Assembly: GCA_024686335.1 (NCBI GenBank)
Contig: JAILCI010000024.1
Span: 50,024 to 114,023 of the forward strand
Origin: Bacteroidales bacterium
GTDB taxonomy: Bacteria > Bacteroidota > Bacteroidia > Bacteroidales > WCHB1-69
Direction of reading: 5' to 3'
DNA: 64,000 bases
Shown here: piece after piece, positions 17,865 through 25,154 of the stretch
Layout: every line of letters begins with the position of its first letter
Position numbering within the stretch: position 1 is the stretch's first letter
Notes under the pieces: model-generated
Database searches by the model: none
What the model saw: the letters and a program-made list of their open reading frames with translations, nothing else
Told to the model about the DNA's origin: nothing
Program-made: the position numbers and the translations under genes

Positions 17865-18110
17865 TCCCGCAGATCTCGCAGTTGTTTTTTCCCCGCAGAT
17901 TACGCAGATCTCGCAGATGGACGCAGATTATTTTTTATAGATCCTGCGGATCTTGTTCGCTGCGCTCACGGATTACGCAGATAATTTTCTCCCGCAGATT
18001 AAATCTGCGGGCGAGATCGTGAGCGCAGCGAACAAAAAATCCGCGAAATCGTAATCTGCGTAATCTGCGGGAGAAAAAGTGAGCGCAGCGAACAAAAAAT
18101 CGAGATCAGC
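17865..18110. repeat. CGCAGAT / GTTCGCTGCGCTCAC repeat mosaic (copy 1)
   Basis: There are runs of nCGCAGAT 9-mers (17892-17929). The hairpin CCCGCAGAT-TAA-ATCTGCGGG lies at 17991-18011. TTGTTCGCTGCGCTCAC at 17953-17969 has inverted copies at 18019-18035 and 18079-18095. A ~38-nt block is identical to 29706-29743. Confidence 0.9.
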
Positions 18111-18127
18111 GGGAACCTTCAGAGCAC

Positions 18128-18161
18128 AAAAAAACGGGAAGCTTTGCGCCTCCCGTTTTTT
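18128..18161. terminator. Bidirectional rho-independent terminator (gdhA / Fe-S gene)
   Basis: A7-CGGGAAGC-TTTGC-GCCTCCCG-T6. An 8-bp stem (one mismatch) is flanked by A and T runs, between two convergent genes. Confidence 0.75.
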
Positions 18162-18182
18162 GTCTTGCTTGAAAGCTTAAGA

Positions 18183-19526
18183 TTAGATAATACCTTGAGC
18201 TAACATAGCTTTTGCAACGCGCATGAAACCGGCGATGTTGGCACCCTTAACATAGTTGATGGTACCATCAGCCTGACGACCGTGCTCAACGCACATGTCA
18301 TAGATGTCGTTCATGATCTTGTGCAGTTTGGCGTCAACCTCAGGAGCAGTCCAGTTGATGTGGCCAGCGTTTTGGCAGATCTCAAGACCGGAGGTAGCTA
18401 CACCACCAGCGTTGACAGCCTTACCAGGTCCGAAGGGGATCTTAGCTGCTTGGAAAGCAGCGATAGCGGCAGGTTGGCAACCCATGTTGGAAACCTCAGC
18501 AACGTATTGAACGCCGTTAGCGAGGAGTTCCTTAGCATCTTCTTCAGCGAGCTCGTTCTGGAAAGCGCAAGGACAAGCGATGTCACATTTTACGCTCCAA
18601 GCTTTCTTGCCAGCTGTGAATTTAGCTTTGCCAGGGAATTTGTCGGCCATGTCTTGAACTTTGTTGCGGTTAGAAGCACGCATGTCAAGCATGTAGTCGA
18701 TCATCTCTTTGTCGATGCCTTCAGGAAGTTCGCAGACGCCATCAGGACCGGAGACAGCAACAACCTTAGCACCGAGTTCGGTAGCCTTGGTAGCAGCACC
18801 CCAAGCAACGTTACCGAAGCCAGAGAGAGCGATTCTCTTGCCTTCCATCTTGTCGCCTCTTTCTTTTACCATGCGCTCAACATAGTAGATAGCGCCGAAA
18901 CCGGTAGCTTCCGGACGGATGAGGGAACCACCCCAACCATAGGATTTGCCAGTGAGGGCACCGGTAGAATGCTCGCGAGCGAGTTTCTTGTAAGCACCAT
19001 AGAGGTAGCCGATCTCACGACCGCCAACACCTACGTCGCCTGCAGGGCTGTCCTGATCCGGACCGATGTTGCGCCACAACTCATACATGAAGGCTTGGCA
19101 GAAACGCATAATTTCAGCGTCGCTCTTGCCAACGGGATCGAAATCGGAACCACCCTTGCCACCGCCGAGAGGCAGATTGGTCAGAGAGTTTTTGAAGATC
19201 TGCTCGAAACCTAAGAACTTCAACATGGAGACGTTAACTTTCGGGTGGAAACGGAGACCGCCTTTGTATGCGCCGAGAGCAGCGTTATATTGTACGCGGT
19301 AGCCTAAGTTTGTGCAAACTTCGCCCTTGTCGTTTACCCACGTTACGCGGAAAGTGAAGATACGATCGGGTTCTACGATACGCTCAACGATCTTAGCAGC
19401 CTCGAACTCGGGGTGTTTGTTGTATTCTTCTTCGATCGTTTCCAGGACTTCGCGAACAGCCTGCAAATACTCATTTTCACCGGGATGTTTGGCCTCCAGG
19501 TTAGCCATGATTTCATTTACTTTCAT
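18183..19526 (-). CDS. gdhA: NADP-specific glutamate dehydrogenase
   Basis: 447 aa. Motifs: PLGGGKGGSDFDP, GFGNVAWGAA, and the typical N-terminus EYLQAVREVLETIE. A minus-strand TAccTTTG box lies at 19588-19595. Confidence 0.95.
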   Translation of the reverse strand: MKVNEIMANLEAKHPGENEYLQAVREVLETIEEEYNKHPEFEAAKIVERIVEPDRIFTFRVTWVNDKGEVCTNLGYRVQYNAALGAYKGGLRFHPKVNVSMLKFLGFEQIFKNSLTNLPLGGGKGGSDFDPVGKSDAEIMRFCQAFMYELWRNIGPDQDSPAGDVGVGGREIGYLYGAYKKLAREHSTGALTGKSYGWGGSLIRPEATGFGAIYYVERMVKERGDKMEGKRIALSGFGNVAWGAATKATELGAKVVAVSGPDGVCELPEGIDKEMIDYMLDMRASNRNKVQDMADKFPGKAKFTAGKKAWSVKCDIACPCAFQNELAEEDAKELLANGVQYVAEVSNMGCQPAAIAAFQAAKIPFGPGKAVNAGGVATSGLEICQNAGHINWTAPEVDAKLHKIMNDIYDMCVEHGRQADGTINYVKGANIAGFMRVAKAMLAQGII

Positions 19527-19700
19527 ATTATAGAAATTTAAAATTTGGGTTTTTTGTAAAACTTTTTTTGCTTATTGAAAGCGGGTGCAAAGGTATAAAA
19601 TTTATTGATACAAGCAACGAGAATAATTTTTATTTGCTATGGATATTTAGACATAAATTTAAAATAAGGGAGTTATATACATGATGGCATAACAAAAACG

Positions 19701-19998
19701 AGTACAAAGTCAAAAAATGCATTTTAACCCCAATGATTTACCGAAGTACTTGCCCATAGAGCACGCGGGCGGGCAGGCCGACATGCGGTGCGGACGCGGT
19801 GTGAATGGCCGGCCTCCAACAGCGGCGTGCAAAGGCGCTTGCGTTTACAAAAATGCATGCCTTCCGTGTGTTTTCTCGTTTGCTACATGCTGCATTTTTG
19901 TTCCCGTTTGCCGCCGCTGTCAGAGGGCGGACAGAGCGGGCGGGATTCATGTCGGCTTGATCTTTTGGCAACTTTTCTATCAAGAGAAAAGTTGAAGA
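19701..19998 (+). repeat. 298-bp GC-rich structured repeat, copy 1
   Basis: About 90 percent identical by eye to 32112-32410, in the same orientation. Nested helices are GCCGACATG 19777-19785 / CATGTCGGC 19948-19956, ACAGCGGCG 19819-19827 / CGCCGCTGT 19912-19920 and ACAAAAATGCA 19847-19857 / TGCATTTTTGT 19891-19901. The terminal hairpin is AACTTTTCT 19970-19978 / AGAAAAGTT 19985-19993. Confidence 0.9.
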
Positions 19999-20132
19999 AT
20001 TTTATTTATGGGAGTTACGTGCCATAAAGCCCTCAAAAAACCTCTATTAGCAACATACTTGGACATACAAGGTGCCATAAGGTATATAGTCCCTTAAAAT
20101 AAATACAAAACGACGGTTTGTCAATTGAGTTG

Positions 20133-20195
20133 AAAAAAAACTGACAAGGTTTCATATCATCGGATAGCATCTCCGTTCTTAAAAACCTTGTCAGT
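20133..20195 (-). terminator. Long-stem terminator closing the island-B gene cluster
   Basis: On the minus strand, ACTGACAAGGTTT (plus 20183-20195) and AAACCTTGTCAGT (plus 20140-20152) form a 13-bp perfect stem with a 30-nt loop. T8 follows (plus A8 at 20133-20140). Confidence 0.6.
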
Positions 20196-20285
20196 GGTGT
20201 TATATGAGGATAGTCAATATCTTCAACATCTTTTCCATTTTCATCACGGTCGATGTTGTTGATGTGACCCTTTCTCAACGATCAA

Positions 20286-20810
20286 CTATTTTTTGTGATC
20301 TTCTCTTAATTTCTCAAGTGCAGCTAGCGTGGTCTTGCTTACAACTTTATTGTCTCTAATGTTAAGTGGATAGTAATTCGTGGAAAGTTCTTTAATCTCT
20401 TTTTTTTCTGCTGTCTCTCTTTGTTTTGAACAATGCCATTCCCATTCGCAGTTTTCATCTATAAAATCATTGATCATTTGTTCAGATTTGGTAACGTCAA
20501 TATCTAAGAGTGCACTCAAGGTATGACGTAGTGTGGAAACTGTCTCACAGAAGGCCCCATTCTTTTTCGTATGATGGATAGAAGGCTCGATGTGCCATTT
20601 GGCACGATCATTTATGTCTTTTGTTGATATGCCAAAATACAATGCAGCATAGCCATTTTCATCGACTTTGATCTTGTTTAAATCAATCTCTGGAAGCGCT
20701 TTCAATAAATTTTTCACACATCTTTTGTTAAACCACCAGGTGTAGTATCCTGGTCCTTTTTTCACATACTTGTCAAGATTGCCTCTTAATTCTTTTACGG
20801 GTTGTCTCAT
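20286..20810 (-). CDS. GIY-YIG-superfamily nuclease-like protein
   Basis: 174 aa. GYYTWWF (GIY-like), ALYFGIS (YIG-like), RAKWH, LRHTLSALL and C-terminal EKKEIKELSTNYYPLNI follow the GIY-YIG order of conserved elements. It has its own minus-strand TAaaTTTG box at 20846-20853. Confidence 0.6.
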   Translation of the reverse strand: MRQPVKELRGNLDKYVKKGPGYYTWWFNKRCVKNLLKALPEIDLNKIKVDENGYAALYFGISTKDINDRAKWHIEPSIHHTKKNGAFCETVSTLRHTLSALLDIDVTKSEQMINDFIDENCEWEWHCSKQRETAEKKEIKELSTNYYPLNIRDNKVVSKTTLAALEKLREDHKK

Positions 20811-20879
20811 AATTGTTGAATTTTAATGTTAATAAAATGATGATTCAAATTTAGTTTTTTTGATATCCTGTTCTAAATA

Positions 20880-21581
20880 TTAGTTACCATTCTTTATTAG
20901 TGTGGAGATGATATTTGCACAAGCACTAGTGGCAGTTATACCTGCGATTACAATGGGAGATAGTCCAGCTATGGTTGAGGCTGCTACCAATATACCTGCA
21001 ACTCCTGCTACCAATACCGTCTTGTTATTCTGGAGCCAATCATTTATAGTCTCCTTGAGTCTGCCCTTTTTGCTACTTTCTGACAATTCGGACATAGCAT
21101 TGCTAAGTGAATCAATGTCTTCTTCACTTATTTCTTTAGATTGTTTTAGAATTAAAGACTTGTTTCTTTGCAATTCTTTGATTGTTGTATCAAGATCAAC
21201 ATTTTGTATCTCTTTTTGCACGCTTTGAAGGATTTCATCCATGTCTTTTTTTGTCGTTTGAGAGCGCAATGTCTTAACCATTGACAATGTAAGATTCTCA
21301 TTGGCTAAGACCCAATTGTCTGGAGATGCTACTCGTACTACCAATCCTGCTTCTTCTTTCATGCGTTCACAAAAGGCACCCACGGTGATATTAGGCCTTA
21401 CAGAAATATCACAAGAGCCCGGGGCATTATAAATGCGTATGTTTCCCAGTCGCTCATTATCATCTGCAATTCTTGTTGCATTAGGATTTTTATAAACTCT
21501 AAGTGTGCAGGCAAAATCCCTATAGAATTCATCTGCCAGTTGTTTTACGGTCATTCGTCCGTCGATATGTATGATTCCCAT
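20880..21581 (-). CDS. Hypothetical protein: unassigned N-terminal module + coiled coil + Gly/Ala-rich TM hairpin
   Basis: 233 aa. Residues 1-105 are paralogous to residues 1-105 of the 22574-23221 product. The middle is E/K/S-rich and helical. The C-terminus TVLVAGVAGILVAASTIAGLSPIVIAGITATSACANIISTLI forms two glycine-zipper-like hydrophobic helices. Confidence 0.7.
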   Translation of the reverse strand: MGIIHIDGRMTVKQLADEFYRDFACTLRVYKNPNATRIADDNERLGNIRIYNAPGSCDISVRPNITVGAFCERMKEEAGLVVRVASPDNWVLANENLTLSMVKTLRSQTTKKDMDEILQSVQKEIQNVDLDTTIKELQRNKSLILKQSKEISEEDIDSLSNAMSELSESSKKGRLKETINDWLQNNKTVLVAGVAGILVAASTIAGLSPIVIAGITATSACANIISTLIKNGN

Positions 21582-21602
21582 GTCTAATATTATTTAAAAT
21601 TG

Positions 21603-22097
21603 TTAAAGGATTTTTATGGCGATATGAGCGCATGCTTCGGCATCCGCTATGGCGTTATGATGATCTTCCAAATGATATCCGCAAGCCTCTGCAACTGTCT
21701 GCAGTTGATGATTTGGCAGTTTATCCCCAAAATGTTCACGCGAAGCTTTTAACGTGCAGAAAAACTTGTAATTAGGATATTGCATTCCATAGCGCTCGAA
21801 AGCAGCTTTTAAACAGCTTTCATCAAATGGAGCGTTATGTGCTACAAGGGGAAGATTACCAATCATCTTGCTGATCTGTTTCCATATTTCTGGAAACGTC
21901 TCGGCATCTTTGGTCTGCTTGTTTGATAAGCCGTGGACATTTTGGCAGACAGCTGCATATTTTCCTGGCTCGGGTTTTACTAAACTATAAAAGCTTGTGG
22001 CAATAAAACCACGACGGACCAATACTGCACCTACACTGCAGATGCTACTGCGGTCTTGATTAGCTGTTTCGAAATCTATAGCTACGAAATCTTTCAT
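21603..22097 (-). CDS. DEDDh 3'-5' exonuclease (DnaQ/epsilon-like, stand-alone)
   Basis: 164 aa. Exo I is AIDFETAN, Exo II is LVAHNAPFDESCL and Exo III is HHNAIADAEACAHI. Confidence 0.85.
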   Translation of the reverse strand: MKDFVAIDFETANQDRSSICSVGAVLVRRGFIATSFYSLVKPEPGKYAAVCQNVHGLSNKQTKDAETFPEIWKQISKMIGNLPLVAHNAPFDESCLKAAFERYGMQYPNYKFFCTLKASREHFGDKLPNHQLQTVAEACGYHLEDHHNAIADAEACAHIAIKIL

Positions 22098-22120
22098 GAG
22101 TTTTAATTTATTTTTAGTTA

Positions 22121-22558
22121 TTATTCTTCTTCTAATTCCATAATATGTTGGTTAAACCATTGTAATTTGTATCCTATACCGCGGGAATCACCAACCACCT
22201 CTGCATTTTTCATGGAAGGCATTAAATAATGGTAGTAATCCTTGCCTGTAAGGAAGATGAAGTGATCTTTTTCAAGGTCATATCCCATTTTTGTAATTTT
22301 CTTTAGAACCGTTGCGGCCCATTCTTTACGTTCTGCAGCATGCAAATCTGCAAGATATAAATCGTAGTATTCAAGTTTCTGATTTAACTTCACTACATGA
22401 TATTTGGCGGAGAGCACCAAAATATTGTCAGGGTTCTGTTGCTCCGCATATTGGAGTGATTTTTGGAATAATTTTCCAGTATATAGACTCTTGGCAGGGA
22501 GTGGTGAGCTTTCCTTGCGTTTTGATTTTGAACAGCTGATTAAATAAATAGTACTCAT
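22121..22558 (-). CDS. DUF6884-like protein
   Basis: 145 aa. IYLISCSKSKRKE...AKSLYTGKLF...ILVLSAKYHVVKLNQKLEYYDLYL matches my recollection of the DUF6884 pattern (C-S-x-x-K, LYxxxLF, ILSAKxG). This needs an HMM check. Confidence 0.55.
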   Translation of the reverse strand: MSTIYLISCSKSKRKESSPLPAKSLYTGKLFQKSLQYAEQQNPDNILVLSAKYHVVKLNQKLEYYDLYLADLHAAERKEWAATVLKKITKMGYDLEKDHFIFLTGKDYYHYLMPSMKNAEVVGDSRGIGYKLQWFNQHIMELEEE

Positions 22559-22573
22559 GTTTATTATTATTTA

Positions 22574-23221
22574 TTACCAAATTGCATATAACTCTTTACC
22601 CTTATAGAATACGATATAACCATTAGGATACTCATCATCAACATATATTCCATCATCAACCATTTCTTCCATACGTTCGCCTTGATTACTTCCAATAAGA
22701 TGGATGATGTCATTGTCGAAGTCGTACAGCAGTTCATCTTCTGCACCTTCCTCATTTAAAGACTCAACTTCTCTAAGGGCTTTTTGGAGCTTTTTAAACC
22801 AGTCATGATCAAAGGAGCCATAGTAAAGGTAGCCAGACTTTGTGTTGCTGTTTTGAGATGGAACAGTAATTAGCTTTTCAATATCGCTCTTTCGTGCTTG
22901 CTTTGGGATACGAGGCAATTCTACGAGTAGGAAATTGTCGGGGACAAGTACCCAATCATCTTTCGAGGCCACTTTCACAATGAGGCCAAACAGCTGCTTC
23001 ATAGCATCCCGAAATTCACCAACTGTCATGGTTTCAGGACAGTCGATTTTTCCCGATGGAGATGCCCCATGTATACAGGCATCTTTAAGGTGCTGACTTT
23101 GGTCGGATAGATGATGGGGGTTGTTGCCGTCAAATAAACGTAACGTTCCACCGAATTCATTTCTGAAATTTTCTGTCAATTCGCCGACCTTCATCCGGCC
23201 GCGTATTTTTAAGTTTTTCAT
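22574..23221 (-). CDS. Hypothetical protein: same unassigned N-terminal module + acidic soluble C-terminal domain
   Basis: 215 aa. MKNLKIRGRMKVGELTENFRNEFGGTLRLF...MTVGEFRDAMKQLFGLIVKVASKDDWVLVPDN aligns with the 20880-21581 product. The C-terminal 90 aa are D/E-rich (DELLYDFDNDIIHLIG...DDGIYVDDEYPNGYIVFYKGKELYAIW). Confidence 0.7.
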   Translation of the reverse strand: MKNLKIRGRMKVGELTENFRNEFGGTLRLFDGNNPHHLSDQSQHLKDACIHGASPSGKIDCPETMTVGEFRDAMKQLFGLIVKVASKDDWVLVPDNFLLVELPRIPKQARKSDIEKLITVPSQNSNTKSGYLYYGSFDHDWFKKLQKALREVESLNEEGAEDELLYDFDNDIIHLIGSNQGERMEEMVDDGIYVDDEYPNGYIVFYKGKELYAIW

Positions 23222-23358
23222 AGATTAATATTTGAAATTCTTCCGTATTTTTATAGAATATAGTTATATCTTTCCTGTGTCTAGTGGCTTTCTGTTCTTG
23301 ATATTTGTGACAATCCTGTCGTAGTATTGTTTTTAGAAGCATGGATCAAGTGTCCTCC

Positions 23359-23928
23359 TTATGGGAGCCCAGAAATATTAGATTTATTAGGGATTTTAGC
23401 TCTGTCGACAGTTTCCTTTATATAGGTCGTTAAACCATTTTGCTTTATGATTTCGACATAGTCTTGATACGAACCATTCAGGACTGGGAAATCATATTGA
23501 ACACCAAAAGTGTTGACAATGCTAATGTATAATCTGATAAAACCAGTGACATCATCAAATACTATTTCACTGAGTTTCAAATCATGTATCTTGTCAATGA
23601 TAGAACTGAGATTGTCCTCTAGTTCATTCTCCTTAATGCAATCCCCGGCATCTAATAGCGACGAATAGAGATTATCAACCTCTTCCAGTAATTGCTCTGC
23701 TAATTTAAAGATGAACAGTAACTTGAGACGGTTAATATAGTCATTGTCTATCAGGTTGGAATTCGTTTTTACATCGTCGGAATAATGTTGAATTGAGGTG
23801 CTTTTTTTCTGCAGTTCTTTTATAACTTCGTCCTGGATTTTTCGAAGTGTACAGATACAAGTTTTATATTTATTCGAAAAATCTTTTGTTGTCGGTACCG
23901 AAACTGTATGTTTTCTAATTATAGACAT
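23359..23928 (-). CDS. Hypothetical helical acidic protein
   Basis: 189 aa with no recognisable motifs. It is the first gene of the AT-rich minus-strand cluster. Confidence 0.5.
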   Translation of the reverse strand: MSIIRKHTVSVPTTKDFSNKYKTCICTLRKIQDEVIKELQKKSTSIQHYSDDVKTNSNLIDNDYINRLKLLFIFKLAEQLLEEVDNLYSSLLDAGDCIKENELEDNLSSIIDKIHDLKLSEIVFDDVTGFIRLYISIVNTFGVQYDFPVLNGSYQDYVEIIKQNGLTTYIKETVDRAKIPNKSNISGLP

Positions 23929-24101
23929 TGCTTAACTTGGGATTTTAATGTTGTAACAATATATAAATGAAGTTTGAAATATTTAATAAAGTTATTTTAT
24001 GTGAAAACTTCAAGTCGATTTTATTTTTCACTTTGCAAAGTAAGTACATTTTGAATTTAAATCCATAACCCATTTTGACCCATTTGCTTGGGTTGTACAA
24101 T

Positions 24102-24135
24102 AAAAAACCGGACATGATATTGCTATCGTGTCCGG
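24102..24135 (-). terminator. Rho-independent terminator of the CaCA antiporter gene
   Basis: The minus strand reads CCGGACA-N14-TGTCCGG followed by T6 (plus A6 at 24102-24107). Confidence 0.65.
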
Positions 24136-24158
24136 TTCCGGATAATATATTGTATCAA

Positions 24159-25115
24159 TTATAAATTCTGGAACAGATACGCATAGTACACAATGAAGAG
24201 CAATAGCAGCATGGAACCTTCGAAACGGTTGATCTGACTCTTTTTTCCTAGTATTGCGAACAGCAACAGGAAAACCACGCTCAAGACAAGGGTTCCCATG
24301 TCAACCAAGTTGATGGTTTCGAAAATGATAGGCTTTATCGTAGCCGAAGTGCCGATGATAAGCAAAATATTGAAGATGTTGCTGCCTAATACGTTTCCAA
24401 GAGCTAACTGATTTTTTTTCTTAAAAGCGGCTACCACACAGGTGACCAATTCAGGCATGGAGGTGCCGCCAGCGAGGATGGTGATGGCGATAAACTTTTC
24501 CGAGAGGCCCGCCATCTGGGCAATCTTGGTGGCACTGTTGACAAACAGCTGGCCGCCGCCAATCAATCCGCCGATGCCGGCAAGACTCAGCAGAATGGCA
24601 AATCCCAACTTCATCTCCTTGGCGTCCGATGTCTCGACTTCATTCTTGTCTTTCTTGAAACACAGTATGACGTATGCTGCAAACAAAATCAGGAAGAATA
24701 TGCCTCCCAGACGAGTGATGCCGTCGGCTTCTCCAATGCCAAACAGGGTGTGCCGCAAACCGTAGAGTGCCAATAATAGAGTGATGCCAAGGAGGATGGG
24801 GATGTCGATACGACGGTTGTCCATGGTGATGAGCACAGGACTTATGACTGCAGTCAAGCCAAGAATCAGCAGCGTGTTGAAGATATTAGAGCCGACGACG
24901 TTACCCATTGACACGTCGGGCATGCCTTGAATGGCACCCGTGATACTCACCACGAATTCAGGCATGGAGGTGCCGAAGCCGACGATGGTAAGGCCGATGA
25001 CAAATTCACTGACACCGAATTTTCTTGCAATGCTGGAAGCTCCATCAACCAGCCAGTTGGCACCTAATACGACCAATGCAAGGCCTACTAGCAATATAAT
25101 TATCTGAATAATCAT
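24159..25115 (-). CDS. Ca2+/Na+ antiporter (CaCA family, YrbG-like)
   Basis: 318 aa, about 10 TM. It has the duplicated alpha-repeat motifs GNVVGSNIFNTLLILG and GNVLGSNIFNILLIIG. Confidence 0.9.
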   Translation of the reverse strand: MIIQIIILLVGLALVVLGANWLVDGASSIARKFGVSEFVIGLTIVGFGTSMPEFVVSITGAIQGMPDVSMGNVVGSNIFNTLLILGLTAVISPVLITMDNRRIDIPILLGITLLLALYGLRHTLFGIGEADGITRLGGIFFLILFAAYVILCFKKDKNEVETSDAKEMKLGFAILLSLAGIGGLIGGGQLFVNSATKIAQMAGLSEKFIAITILAGGTSMPELVTCVVAAFKKKNQLALGNVLGSNIFNILLIIGTSATIKPIIFETINLVDMGTLVLSVVFLLLFAILGKKSQINRFEGSMLLLLFIVYYAYLFQNL

Positions 25116-25154
25116 ATCTTTTTCTTTATTCTTCTGTTATTTTCGTTGTGAGTA

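Noticed and set aside
17953-18095. Inverted GTTCGCTGCGCTCAC copies as the borders of a phase-variable invertible promoter.
   Set aside because: The segment between the inverted repeats is only ~50-110 bp and contains no TAnnTTTG box. No site-specific recombinase gene is nearby. The same motif also occurs as direct repeats at 29683-29803.
19717-19995. ORFs inside the 298-bp repeats (19717-19995, 19738-19983, 19788-20027, 32150-32395, 32195-32407) as small Cys/Arg-rich proteins.
   Set aside because: ORFs appear on both strands and in several frames of the same GC-rich element. The compositions are nonsense-like. The differences between copies respect base-pairing rather than codons. The element is treated as a non-coding repeat.
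20033-20278. 81-aa minus-strand ORF at the end of island B.
   Set aside because: A 13-bp-stem, T8 terminator (20133-20195) lies in the middle of the frame. The C-terminal half has an implausible composition (FCIYFKGLYTLWHLVCPSMLL). No promoter or coupling signal is present.
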